A stretch of 32,000 nucleotides of DNA from Wolbachia endosymbiont of Onchocerca ochengi (GTDB taxonomy: Bacteria > Pseudomonadota > Alphaproteobacteria > Rickettsiales > Anaplasmataceae). A program made the position numbers and the translations under genes. The stretch covers positions 750,001 through 782,000 of the forward strand of contig NC_018267.1 in NCBI RefSeq assembly GCF_000306885.1, in the 5' to 3' direction. The stretch's first letter is position 1; each line of letters begins with the position of its first letter. The notes below the pieces were generated by a model. The model ran no database searches. It was not told the origin of the DNA and saw nothing but the letters and a program-made list of their open reading frames with translations. Positions 1 to 11,330 of the stretch are shown in pieces.

Positions 1-1383
1 TTTTTCTAAGTACTCCGTTACAACTTGTGATCCTGGGGCAAGAGAAGTTTTAACCCAAGGTTTTGATTTTATTCCAAGTTTGACTGCATTACGTGCTACA
101 AGACCAGCAGCAATCATCGTGCTTGGATTTGAGGTATTGGTGCAGCTGGTTATTGCAGCAATAACCACACTTCCGTCTTGAAGTTTATCGCTTTTCTCTA
201 GTTTACTAACTGGAAACGATTGAGAAAAAGATTCTGAAATTTGTGGAAGAAAAACTTTATCTTGTGGTCTTTTAGGACCGGCCATTACTGGTTTTACACT
301 TGATAAATCAAGCTCCAACATGTCAAAAAACGCTAACTCGTTACTGTTTCGCAACAATCCTTGTTCTTTTGCATAGACTTCAACTAATTTGATTAACTCC
401 TCTGGCCTTCCAGTTAAATTTAAATAATCTAGTGTTTTTTGATCAATTGGGAAAAAGCCACAAGTTGCACCATACTCTGGAGCCATATTAGCTATGGTTG
501 CTCTGTCTTCTATAGATAAATGATCCAACCCACTACCATAAAATTCTACAAACTTACCAACAACACTTTTTTTTCTCAAGATATTTGTAATTGTCAGTAC
601 TAGATCAGTTGCAGTTACTCCTTCTGAGAGTTTTCCAGTTAATTTAAATCCCACTACCTCTGGGATCATCATGCTAATTGGTTGATCAAGCATTACAGAT
701 TCAGCTTCTATTCCACCAACACCCCAACCAAGAATTGATAAACTATTAACCATAGTAGTGTGGCTATCTGTGCCGACTACAGTATCAGGGTACACAACCC
801 CATTTTTGTTACACACAACTTGTGCCAAATACTCGATATTTACTTGGTGACAAATTCCTGTTCCAGGTGGCACTACTCTAAAATTTTTGAAGGATGACTC
901 TCCCCACTTCAAAAGCTTATACCTCTCCAAATTTCTTTTTACTTCCAATTCAACATTTTTATTAAACGCAGAAATGCTTCCATAACTGTCTACTTGAACA
1001 GAATGGTCAATTACAAGATCAACAGGTACGGATAGATTTATTTTACTTGGGTCACCTCCACTTTTTTTTATATAACTACGCATTGAGGCTAAATCAACAA
1101 TAGCAGGAACTCCTGTAAAATCTTGCATCAACACTCTTGCCGGTTTGTAGCTAATTTCATGATTAACGTGTTTTTCCACACAACTTGCTAGTATTTTTAT
1201 GTCATCAAATCTTACATTCACTCCATCTTCGTTACGTAATAAATTCTCAAGTAAGACCTTTAGTGAGCAAGGTAGTTTAGTTAGGTCTATTCCTAAAAAT
1301 TCACCAGCAGCACTGAGGCTAAAGTAGCTATACAACTTTTTGTTGATGTTTAAAACTGTTTTTGAGTTTAAAGAATTATTCAT
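1..1383 (-). CDS. acnA: Aconitate hydratase, N-terminal 461 codons; gene continues past the window start
   Basis: Absent from the ORF track, apparently because its stop lies outside the window. The reverse complement of 1383..1 is open throughout: [54 protein letters not shown]...[19 protein letters not shown]...[12 protein letters not shown]...[16 protein letters not shown]...[31 protein letters not shown]...[26 protein letters not shown]. These are characteristic aconitase A motifs. Confidence 0.97.
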   Translation of the reverse strand, partial: MNNSLNSKTVLNINKKLYSYFSLSAAGEFLGIDLTKLPCSLKVLLENLLRNEDGVNVRFDDIKILASCVEKHVNHEISYKPARVLMQDFTGVPAIVDLASMRSYIKKSGGDPSKINLSVPVDLVIDHSVQVDSYGSISAFNKNVELEVKRNLERYKLLKWGESSFKNFRVVPPGTGICHQVNIEYLAQVVCNKNGVVYPDTVVGTDSHTTMVNSLSILGWGVGGIEAESVMLDQPISMMIPEVVGFKLTGKLSEGVTATDLVLTITNILRKKSVVGKFVEFYGSGLDHLSIEDRATIANMAPEYGATCGFFPIDQKTLDYLNLTGRPEELIKLVEVYAKEQGLLRNSNELAFFDMLELDLSSVKPVMAGPKRPQDKVFLPQISESFSQSFPVSKLEKSDKLQDGSVVIAAITSCTNTSNPSTMIAAGLVARNAVKLGIKSKPWVKTSLAPGSQVVTEYLEK

Positions 1384-2260
1384 CTCGTATAGCCATTATT
1401 TAAATGAAAAGAACCACAATCTTGATATCGCTATAAAATGGTATAAATTTCTCTATATTGTAGTAAAATAAGTATGATCACCAATTTATATTATGCAGTC
1501 GGTGTTTAATAAGCTATTATTTGCTGCAAAAACTTTAGGAACAAATATCATGATTGTCAATAATAGACTGAGGTAAACCTTTCTAAAATAGGCATCATTT
1601 TATGTGAAGCTTGGTAAAGAAAAATTTTCATTAGCAGGATAGCATGGAAGTGTATTAGCTACGAAAGCTGCTTAGTGAGTTTTATTGCTTCTTTCACCAT
1701 AAGGTTGGAATTATTTACTTATTTTTATAATTTTGTAGTAAATTAGTGACAAAAAACTTAATGTATTTGATGTATGTTATGTTTAATTTTTTGCATTGTG
1801 TACGTCTTATATCTTTTAAAACACTAGACTTTTGCAAGTTGAAACATACTTGTATAGTATTTTTGGACAGCAAAGACATTAAATAGATATAAATGAGAAT
1901 TAGAGTACTAGTTGTTTTGTTTTAGGTCCATTCTGTTTTTTTTGCTTAGTAAGCTCCTTAATATCTATAATTTAGCTAGTTGCATTTAAAATGTAGTTAA
2001 ATATAGCGCTTAGAACAAGGACGCCAATATTTTGAAGTTAATAAATAATTATCTGCCTATGATTTTTTTTGCCTTTTTTTGTCTGGTAAATTTTTTAAAA
2101 GCAATTCATCAACGAATATTTGTTCTTATAATAAATAGTTATCTTTATGGTAACAATATTTAGCAGTTAGATTTTGTATTCGAGACAAAATTATGTCTTG
2201 AAAAAGTTAAGTTTTAGTGTTATAAAGTATAGATTCCGCACTCAAATTTTTATAATAACT

Positions 2261-3508
2261 ATGAATGTAAAGGATGAGAAAACACACAATATTGAAGTAA
2301 AGTTACCGATATTTCTTGATTACCAATCTACTACTAAAGTAGATCCTCGTGTCTTAGAGGTGATGATACCTTATTTTGGTGAATTTAGTAATGCACATTC
2401 CCGTAGTCATTCGTTCGGTTGGATTGCTGAAGAAGCAGTGGGAAAAGCAAGGAAGTATATTGCGGATCTAGTGAACGCAAATAGTAAGGAAATTGTCTTT
2501 ACCTCAGGTGCAACTGAGTCAAACAATATGGCGATTAAAGGTGTTGCTCACTTTTATAAAAATAAAGGGGATCATATAATAACTGTCTGCACAGAGCATA
2601 AGTGCGTTTTGGATTCTTGTCGGCACTTGGAAAGTGAAGGCTTTAAAGTTACATATTTACCTGTTAAGCAAAATGGAATTATCGATTTATCGAAGCTAAA
2701 AAAAGCAATTACTAACAGAACAATTCTGGTTTCAGTGATGATGGTAAACAATGAAATTGGAGTAGTGCAACCTGTTAAAGAAATTGGTGCGATATGCAGA
2801 AAGCATAATATATTTTTTCACACAGATGCTGCCCAAAGCTTTGGAAAAGTGCCAATTGATGTTAATGAAATGAACATTGATCTCATGAGCCTTTCTAGCC
2901 ATAAAATTTATGGACCTATGGGAATAGGTGCATTATATGTTCGTAGAAAAAATCCTCGTGTTAGGTTAACACCATTGATTAGTGGTGGTGGGCAGGAAAG
3001 AGGTATGCGTTCTGGAACAGTTCCAACTCCTCTTTCGGTCGGTTTTGGTGAAGCAGCGCGTATTGCTAAAGAAGAAATGGAAATAGAAGCAATCAAGTTG
3101 GAAGAACTAAGAGATATTTTGTATAACAAGATAAAAGAAGCATTTCCTGATGTTGTTTTAAATGGCGATTATAAAAATAGAATTCCTGGCAATTTAAACT
3201 TAAGTTTCCCCTATGTTGAAGGTGAATCTCTCATCATGGCAATCAAGGATTTAGCGGTAAGTTCTGGTTCTGCATGTACATCTGCATCTCTTGAGCCTTC
3301 TTACGTTATACGATCACTAAATAATGGTCATGACCTTGAACATTCATCAATTAGATTTGGTCTTGGCCGATTTACAACTAAAGATGAAATTTTATACGCG
3401 GCGGATCTTGTTGCTAAGAATGTTGGGCGGCTAAGAGAAATGAGCCCGCTTTGGGAAATGGTGCAAGAAGGGGTAGATTTAAGCACAGTAAAATGGGACT
3501 TTCATTAA
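2261..3508 (+). CDS. iscS: Cysteine desulfurase (IscS/NifS family)
   Basis: PLP-lysine motif [17 protein letters not shown]-terminal [14 protein letters not shown], catalytic loop [20 protein letters not shown]. The track ORF begins at a TTG at 2174; ATG at 2261 (MNVKDEK) is the likelier start. Confidence 0.95.
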   Translation: MNVKDEKTHNIEVKLPIFLDYQSTTKVDPRVLEVMIPYFGEFSNAHSRSHSFGWIAEEAVGKARKYIADLVNANSKEIVFTSGATESNNMAIKGVAHFYKNKGDHIITVCTEHKCVLDSCRHLESEGFKVTYLPVKQNGIIDLSKLKKAITNRTILVSVMMVNNEIGVVQPVKEIGAICRKHNIFFHTDAAQSFGKVPIDVNEMNIDLMSLSSHKIYGPMGIGALYVRRKNPRVRLTPLISGGGQERGMRSGTVPTPLSVGFGEAARIAKEEMEIEAIKLEELRDILYNKIKEAFPDVVLNGDYKNRIPGNLNLSFPYVEGESLIMAIKDLAVSSGSACTSASLEPSYVIRSLNNGHDLEHSSIRFGLGRFTTKDEILYAADLVAKNVGRLREMSPLWEMVQEGVDLSTVKWDFH

Positions 3509-4503
3509 AACTCTATTTAGCAGAATAGCAAAATAGAGAAAATAAGAAATCTAATAGTAAAAAAGGTTGATTCTTTTTTTAAGGAACGAAAGTGATAAAA
3601 GTTCAAGAAACTTGGCTTAGGATAAAAAATGAGGGGGAGGAGTAGTTTTTAAAGTATTGCTCTTAGCAGAGTAGTGAGATAGGTGTGTAAAAGCAAGTTA
3701 TGGGATTCTGTAGAAATTTAGAACAAAAATGAAGGTAAATAAAGGTTTAATGACATTGGGAAGTATTAAAAATATGCTGTATAGGATTAATCTTTAAAAA
3801 AAAATCTTCAATATGAGAAAAATAAGAATATTCTCACCTACCCTATTTTTCAAAACGACATCCTAGACTTCATTAATGTTAAATTAACACAAAAAGTTGA
3901 ATTCCCACAGCACCATTATAAATCCTAAAATCGCTTCTGTGATGAGCAGAGTATTGTTAATATTTTTTGCAAGGTGGTTTTCACGAAAAACAGATAAATT
4001 GTGGAGCGCAGCTCTATGGGAATAAGAGCTTTGAAGACGTGCTTAACTTTACGCTGCTAAAGCTTATTCAAGACAGTCTGGTAATCACATTGGTCAAAAA
4101 GGTTTTTCTTTAATGAATATTATTTAAAGAACTTTTTATTTGTTTTTATTGAGTTGCCTAAATTTACAAAAAGTCGAGTAGAGTAATTAAAAAGCTTGAT
4201 GAAGAGGTAATTAGACAAGTTTTATTGATGAGAAGAATCAGTAACATATAAAGGTTAATGGAAGATAAGAATAGGTTAAAATAGTTGTGGCTAAAAACTT
4301 ACTTAAGGCCAGTGTCTCTGTAAATATTGTTACTAAAATTACTGGCGTTCAGTAGATGAAATAAAAAAATTGCATGAAATGGGAATGTATTATTGATATA
4401 AACGGACAAATTATATACTCCTTTTTCATAAGAATAAAATTTGAAGAGAAACTATAGAAATGCTATAGATACTTACTTTTGTTAAGACAATCTTAGAGAA
4501 GGT

Positions 4504-5511
4504 ATGATGTTTAATTTTCCGAACACACGTTTAAGGCGTAGGCGCTCAAGTAAATGGATTCGCAATTTAACGAGTGAAAGCATTTTATCAGTAAATGATT
4601 TGATTTTCCCTCTTTTTGTTCATGACAAAAAAGAAACAACTGAATCAATTCCAGGTTTACCCGGCATGAAATGTTATTCAATAGATGAATTGGTTTCTGT
4701 AGCTCAAAAAGCTGAGGATTTGGGGATCAATGCTATTGCGGTTTTTCCTGTAGTTGACAGTAAATTAAAATCTAAAAATGCTGAGGAAGCATATAATCAA
4801 GACAATTTAATCTGCAAAGCAATTTATGCTGTAAAATTAAAGGTACCTGGTATTGGTATTATTGCAGACGTTGCGCTAGATCCATATACTACTCATGGTC
4901 ATGATGGCCTTTTAAAAGGGGATCTGATAGATGTGGAAAACGATGAAACTGTGTCAGTATTATGTAAGCAAGCGCTCGCTTTAGCAAAAGCAGGATGTAA
5001 TATAGTGGCTCCTTCTGATATGATGGATGGTAGAATAGGAAAAATAAGAAGGACATTGGATGATAATAACTTTCAAGATGTGTTGATATTGTCTTATGCA
5101 GTAAAATACTGTTCAAGTTTCTATGCACCATTTAGACAAATTGTTGGTTCATGTATACCATCAAATTTTATCGACAAAAGTAGTTATCAAATGGACTATA
5201 GAAATGCAAAAGAGACAATTTGTGAAATTGAAATGGATATAAACGAAGGTGCAGATCTTATTATGATAAAACCAGGTATGCCATACTTAGATATAATTAA
5301 AACAGCAAGTGATAAGTTTAATTTTCCGATTTTTGCTTATCAAGTAAGTGGTGAATATGCAATGATAAAAGCTGCAACAAATAACGGCTGGCTGAATTAT
5401 GATAAAGTAATTTATGAGTCTTTAGTTGGTTTTAAGCGTGCTGGTGCAAGCGCAATAATTACCTATGCAGCGCTTGATGTTGTAAAAATTTTAATGACAC
5501 AAAAGACCTAA
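4504..5511 (+). CDS. hemB: Delta-aminolevulinic acid dehydratase (porphobilinogen synthase)
   Basis: NDLIFPLFVHD, DVALDPYTTHGHDGLL, KYCSSFYAPFR, LIMIKPGMPYLDII and YQVSGEYAMIKAA are HemB signatures. Confidence 0.96.
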   Translation: MMFNFPNTRLRRRRSSKWIRNLTSESILSVNDLIFPLFVHDKKETTESIPGLPGMKCYSIDELVSVAQKAEDLGINAIAVFPVVDSKLKSKNAEEAYNQDNLICKAIYAVKLKVPGIGIIADVALDPYTTHGHDGLLKGDLIDVENDETVSVLCKQALALAKAGCNIVAPSDMMDGRIGKIRRTLDDNNFQDVLILSYAVKYCSSFYAPFRQIVGSCIPSNFIDKSSYQMDYRNAKETICEIEMDINEGADLIMIKPGMPYLDIIKTASDKFNFPIFAYQVSGEYAMIKAATNNGWLNYDKVIYESLVGFKRAGASAIITYAALDVVKILMTQKT

Positions 5512-6187
5512 TGTGAACTGTGTTTGCTGTAATAAATTAAGTAGACTTCTTATGTAGTTTTTGGCAGTACACTAGGTCTATATTTAAATAGAAACAAAAA
5601 ACTACTTGATAAACGTTCGTTTTAGCTTCTTTACCTCAAACTAAGGTTATTTAGTTATTTTCAATTTATGCAAGTTAAAGTAATAAGAATATTGCGTAGT
5701 TGATATATCTGATGTTTAATTCTTTACACTATATATGCTTAATATCTTTGTTAATTTCACTTAGATTTCTAGGTTTTTATTATATGAGTTAAAGTGCACT
5801 TATAAAACATTTAAGGCAGTGTAGAATGCTAGTTTTTTAAGCAGGTATTAATCAGGTTTTACCTTATCTTTTTTTCATTTGGTAAGCTTTTAAAGTGTTT
5901 GTAGCTAAAGCAATTTAAAAAGCTCCGTAAAAAAATGTCATTTCACAGTGTTCACCATTTAAATGACATTTATGAAGATTTTTTAAGTTATCAATAAACC
6001 TAAGTTTCGGTTCAGCTGAAGATTAGATATATCCGTTAGTTTAGGACATCAGAGCTGTACAGACTATAGCGTGTTGAAAACTAATTAAAGAACCTTAATT
6101 GTATGATTGACATTGGCTACAGAATTATGTAATAATAAAAGGGTTATCGTTTTTGATTAAAAAAGGCTTAAGTTGTTGCTTTTGTTT

Positions 6188-7135
6188 TTAGTTGTTAATT
6201 AATTTTTTCCATTTGGAAACCATTACATTGGCTTGCCTTAGTGCTTCAATAGAAGATAAGTCTTCTGTGCTGAGTGGTAGGCGGACAGTTTTGTGCTTTA
6301 TGATCCCAATATCATGCAAGAGTGCTTTAGTGGGTATTGGATTACTAGTAATACACAGTGTTTTACAGACTTGCTGCCAGATACTTGTTGAACTTTTTAC
6401 TTCATTTTCTATTACTTTAGTAGTTGCTTCCTTTTTAGATTCCAGCGCATAACGCTGGAATAACAGTAAGCATTGCTTAACATACTTATGTACTATACAT
6501 GGCCAAAGATTAGAAGCAACAGAAACTAAGCCATCTGCACCATAAGCGGCCATATCAAGTATCATATTATCATCACCACAAAAAACTTTAATATTTGGTG
6601 CAACTTTTTTGTACTTGATTAAAGTATCAATAGTTCCACTTGAATCTTTAATAGCCCAAAACTTTTCGTGGCTAGACAAATTACGTACAGTTTCTACATG
6701 AAGACTTACTCCTGCTCTTGATGGAATATTATAAAGCATAGCTGGTACATGTGCTTTTTCGAGTAGCTTTTCAAACCATAAAGTCTGCCCCATAATTCCA
6801 GGCTTTGTATAAATTGGGGTGGTTATTAAATAGCCGTAAATGGGCATGCCTTTGCAAAAATCAAGCCATTCAAGAGTTTGATATAAATTCACTCCTGGTA
6901 CACCAATTATGATTTTCGTACTTAATTTCAGTCCACATAGAAAGTTAACTAATGTACGCCTTTCATGATCAGTAAGTGACAAACTTTCACCAGTGCTACC
7001 TAATAACACCACACCGTTTTCGGCTTCAGCTTGCATTGTAAGTAAAAGCTGTAAACTGCTATAATCTATACTATCTCCTTTATCATTAAAAGGAGTAACA
7101 CAGGCAGTCCATAGAAATGGAGATAGTAATTTCAA
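6188..7135 (-). CDS. dapA: 4-hydroxy-tetrahydrodipicolinate synthase
   Basis: TACVTPFNDKGDSIDY, GSTGESLSLTDHERR, YLITTPIYTKP, MLYNIPSRAGVSL, WAIKDSSG and FCGDDNMILDM match the DapA family. Confidence 0.93.
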   Translation of the reverse strand: MKLLSPFLWTACVTPFNDKGDSIDYSSLQLLLTMQAEAENGVVLLGSTGESLSLTDHERRTLVNFLCGLKLSTKIIIGVPGVNLYQTLEWLDFCKGMPIYGYLITTPIYTKPGIMGQTLWFEKLLEKAHVPAMLYNIPSRAGVSLHVETVRNLSSHEKFWAIKDSSGTIDTLIKYKKVAPNIKVFCGDDNMILDMAAYGADGLVSVASNLWPCIVHKYVKQCLLLFQRYALESKKEATTKVIENEVKSSTSIWQQVCKTLCITSNPIPTKALLHDIGIIKHKTVRLPLSTEDLSSIEALRQANVMVSKWKKLINN

Positions 7136-7144
7136 TTGAAGTTA

Positions 7145-7621
7145 TTAAAATGGTATTTCATCATCAATTAGCTCTTCCTTTATTTCACTGTCAAAAAAAT
7201 CTCTATGCTGATTTTTTTGTTCTACTTCACGTTGCTTATATTCGTTTGATTTACAATCAGAATTTGACCGTGAATCTAAAACTGCAAGAGTGCTGTTAAA
7301 ATTCTGCAACATTACCTCTGTGGTATATCTTTCACTCCCATTTTGGTCAGTATATTTTCTAGTTCTTAAAGAACCTTCAATGTAAACTTTACTACCTTTA
7401 CGTACGAGATCTTTGATGATTTTTACTAATCCTTCACTAAACACTACAATATTATGCCACTCCGTTTTTTCAGAGCGTATACCAGAAAACTTATCGGTCC
7501 AATTTTCAGATGTAGCTATTGAAAAACTTGCCATTTCTTTCCCACTCTGCATAGTTCTAATTTCAGGATCTTTTCCTAAATTACCAACTAATATAACTTT
7601 GTTTACTGTACCAGCGGACAT
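7145..7621 (-). CDS. ssb: Single-stranded DNA-binding protein
   Basis: NKVILVGNLGKDPEIRTMQSGKEMASFSIATSENW...TEWHNIVVFSEGLVKIIKDLVRKGSKVYIEGSLRTRKYTDQNGSERYTTEV, with acidic C-terminal tip EELIDDEIPF. Confidence 0.97.
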   Translation of the reverse strand: MSAGTVNKVILVGNLGKDPEIRTMQSGKEMASFSIATSENWTDKFSGIRSEKTEWHNIVVFSEGLVKIIKDLVRKGSKVYIEGSLRTRKYTDQNGSERYTTEVMLQNFNSTLAVLDSRSNSDCKSNEYKQREVEQKNQHRDFFDSEIKEELIDDEIPF

Positions 7622-7690
7622 AATTGTACTTTAAAATAAACTCCCTATATTATCTTATGTTAAAATACAATTGTCAAATCTGATAGGAAA

Positions 7691-7764
7691 TGCGCTTGGA
7701 GGGATTCGAACCCTCTACCTTTGCCTCCGGAGGGCAACGCTCTCTCCAACTGAACTACAAGCGC
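7691..7764 (-). tRNA. tRNA-Arg (anticodon CCG)
   Basis: Folded by eye on the minus strand: acceptor GCGCTTG/CAAGCGC (7 bp), D arm GTTC...GAGC, anticodon stem TTGCC/GGCAA with loop CTCCGGA, T arm GAGGG-TTCGAAT-CCCTC, discriminator A. Confidence 0.95.
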
Positions 7765-8820
7765 ACATATATTAAATTACCTAGTAGATAAGCTAACTAA
7801 GTTAAATTTTAGATTCGGATAAATCACAAACATAGCATTTTCATGCTGTCAATACACATATCTTTTGAATTACTTGTTTGGTTTTCATCATGTTCTGATC
7901 TACAGTCCACATAAAAATTATGTAGTTTCCGGTTATTAAGTGACTTTTTAAGTCCTTAATGCCTGTAAACAGTTTCCCATTTTACTCACATTTTCAGTGT
8001 ATTAGAAAAAAATATAAAATTTAACTAAACTCACTATCTTATGATTGAAATCATCTAATATCATTTCTCTTGAAGAACATAAGTAAAACTTTTCCATTTT
8101 GCTGACTATCTTACTGACTAATTTCTCATTAAAAGAATACTTTTTATATTATAATATTGTGATAAAACATCAAAATCACTCTCTACTGCTTCCCTTATTA
8201 TCTCATTCTGATTTATATGACTCTATACATACCTTTATCTTTCGGATGCTTATAAAGAAACATTCCTTTGCAAGTAAATTTCGTATATATCAGTAAAATT
8301 ATCGATTTCTTGATTGTTAATTTTGAAAATACTTTCGAAATATTTTTTTTATCATCACTCCTGCTTAGAGTAATAATATAAACTATTTCGTCATTATCTT
8401 GTTTTTCTAATATACATACAAACCTCTACTATTTAATTATAGCATTCTATGCTAGATGAGGTCTTCATCATTAATAGTATATTACCGACAGGCATATTTT
8501 TTACAAGTTTCTATATTTTCTAGACTGCTTTTACAGTCGCAATACGCATTGACCTTGAAAAATAGTATAGTAAAAACAAAAGATAGCTCTTTTACCTTCA
8601 TTATTTCATCTACTTCATTATAGCGTGCCAGTTGAGAACTATATTAGCTCTCACTATTTTACCATATTACCGTCCAAAATCTAATTCATAGTTACAGTAT
8701 CAATATTCCTCTCTTTTTTCAGAAATAAGAGGTTTAATCATGACATAACCAGGCAAACTTAGACAGATTGTAAAGATAAAAAATATGTTTATTTCTAGTT
8801 GAACTAAAACTTAGGTAATT

Positions 8821-9000
8821 TCACTTTTTTATTGCTTTTGTGTGTTTACTTTTACTGTGTAATCTTACTTTCTCAGGTGTAGAAATCGACACTTCAGTTT
8901 CAAGCATGTAGTATCTTTTATGCAACTTACTGAGCTCAAAACTGAAATTTGCAATGTATCCACTGCTGTGTAAACTTGAAGAAAAAATTTTTCTACAAAT
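8821..9000 (-). pseudogene. Possible degraded coding remnant, family not identified
   Basis: Minus-strand open stretch: ICRKIFSSSLHSSGYIANFSFELSKLHKRYYMLETEVSISTPEKVRLHSKSKHTKAIKK*. No credible start. Another protein-like fragment lies just upstream in a different frame (VVYNKKVYSKNQNSIDEIHSINLQITEVQKKGSYFK*). Confidence 0.3.
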
Positions 9001-9193
9001 TTAGGCTTTTACTTAAAATAACTTCCTTTTTTTTGAACCTCAGTAATTTGTAAATTTATAGAATGTATCTCATCAATAGAATTTTGATTTTTACTATAGA
9101 CTTTCTTGTTATAAACAACAACATGGACTAAAAAACTATTAACCCAATGAGCAAATAACAAGCAAAATACAAACCAAATTGTAGCTCTTCCTT

Positions 9194-9305
9194 TTAATCA
9201 GAAAATGGTTGTTGCTTACGTAGTCTCTCTATTTGAACATCAATAAATATATTTTGCTCTTTAATGACAGGTAAACCGGAAATATCAATGTCATAGTATG
9301 AAAAT
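9194..9305 (-). pseudogene. Possible degraded coding remnant, family not identified
   Basis: Minus-strand fragment YYDIDISGLPVIKEQNIFIDVQIERLRKQQPFSD*. It is preceded in another frame by FLIKTRTAEKLSNNF, consistent with a frameshifted gene. Confidence 0.3.
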
Positions 9306-10954
9306 TATTGCTTAATTTTTCTGCAGTTCTTGTCTTAATAAGAAACATCTTTATTAGGTTAAAAATTGAACTTTAAAGCTGTAGTAATATAATCTTTTGC
9401 CTCATTATAATTTTACTTAAATGAGCAAAATTCTGCACTACAACCTGGTACTTTCAATTTTTCTACATATCTAACTTATATAAGAAGAAGACATTCTACC
9501 TTAAACAAAATGCTTTTAATATTAATAAAATCATAAATTCATCTATTTTTTACATTATGGCTTTGGTTGTACTTTATTGATTAATTTTTAAGGTTTACTT
9601 TTTTACTGATAAGTTATCAGCAACATTAAGATTTAAATGTAAATTCAATAGACAAATGATGTTGATTACAATAAGAGTTAAAGTAAAGCATAGAAAGATT
9701 TAGGGAGAGTTTGAATAAAGATAATTCAACAGATAAAATTCTTTAGTTTCTTTTATGTTGAAAATAGCTGCTGTTTACTTTTAAAGCTGTGAAATAGAGT
9801 TATGTGATCTCACAGAGAAACTGTCTTTTTCACCCACATTTAATTCTCATTCTAGTAATTTGCTTAACTCATGTGAAGTTAATATTTTAATATTTTTCTT
9901 TAGAAATTTTTAATTAATAAAACTAGCCTTAATTTCTGGTAGATTATTATTAATAAACTACACTAAACGCATGGATGCCAACTTTATTCTCTTTAAAAAC
10001 CATCTGCCTGTGCTTTTAGTCTTTTAATTATAACAACTATGACTTTCCAATTATCATAGTTCTGAGATAGAAAACCTTTTTTACTGTATTACTTATTTTT
10101 ATAGAAAATATTAATACTTACTTAAAGTTAGAGGCAATATATTCAACAAGTGCTTTGCTTTTGATCAAATAAGGAGAAATAATACCAGTTCTGATTGATT
10201 TTGCTTGATCCTTAACTAAGAAAATTGAGCTTATATTATTTTGCAAGCAAAATGCTTCATCTTTGCTTTTCTGATAAATAGGAGCTGATTCTATTTATTC
10301 TTGAAATGGACTGTAGCAAGTAATTCTGATCTGTATGATTGAGTATTAGATGTAAAGGTACTTTCTTATTTGACATAAGGCATGAACTTAATTCAGATAC
10401 TGTTTTATTGTTTTTGTCCTAACAAAATGTCTTTTATTTAAAACATTATTCTTGAAATATAGTGACATTGTACTTCTTTCTTCAATAGAAATCACGAGCT
10501 TACTTTTAGATTTCGAATTAAACATATTAACAGAACTTGTATTCATCTATAACTAAAAAGCAATTTATTGGAATTCATTAAACATTGTAGGAAGTATTGT
10601 TATAAATTTCCACAGCTATGCTATTCATAGTATGATTTTTTGATGAATTTAGTGCAGTATTAGCATACTTATATAATGTAAACAAGAAAATTTATTTTAC
10701 AATTTTAATTGACATGGAACATTAACCTAGTTACTATTAGCATAGTATTAATATGTAAGGTAAAATTGGTTCTTTTACAATCTCACCCTCGTTAAAGCAT
10801 TTAATTATTACTTTTTTGCTATGTGCATTTGTTCTCACAAGAGGGGTATTTATTTATCCTATGAGTCTAGCAATTTGTAGTACTACTATAGCACCAACGC
10901 TTCATGTGGTAATTACCTCTATTTTCGTAGTTGTTGTTGCATTGAGCTCAGTAA

Positions 10955-11330
10955 TATATCTTTCTAAGACGACTTTTTATGCAATAAATAATAAAAAGCA
11001 GAGGTCATATGTAATCTTCTTGAAAAAAGATTAAATGGTAATGGCGTTAGCACACAAATGCCAGCAGTAACAGCTATATCTTCGTCTTTATCTGCTTTAT
11101 GTTTAAAAGAGTCTACTATAACCAGTGTACCAATCTCTACTCCATTGTTATTTTCTACAGTTACATTACTTCAGTCTTCTCAGTTGGCACACTGCTTACA
11201 CCTTTCTCTTTCCTTCTTTTGCCACAAGTAAAAATGCGAGTGTAACGCTTATATCATCCTTCTTATTTACTAAGTCAAAGCGTGAATTTACCACCACCGT
11301 CACCTCTTCTCCTAAGCGGAAAACCTCTTA
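10955..11330 (-). pseudogene. Possible frameshifted gene remnant, family not identified
   Basis: Two protein-like minus-strand pieces in order but broken by stops/frameshifts: EVFRLGEEVTVVVNSRFDLVNKKDDISVTLAFLLVAKEGKRKV*, then NVTVENNNGVEIGTLVIVDSFKHKADKDEDIAVTAGICVLTPLPFNLFSRRLHMTSAFYYLLHKKSS*. Confidence 0.35.

Noticed and set aside
2908-3129. Minus-strand 73-aa ORF
   Set aside because: Entirely antisense inside iscS, with no family features.
3957-4110. Possible 6S-like or other structured RNA (gagcgcagctc micro-hairpin, GC-richer patch)
   Set aside because: I could not build a long closing stem or match a known consensus by eye; kept only as a check item.
8099-8296. Plus-strand 65-aa ORF
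   Set aside because: Composition typical of chance ORFs in AT-rich non-coding DNA; no recognisable motif.
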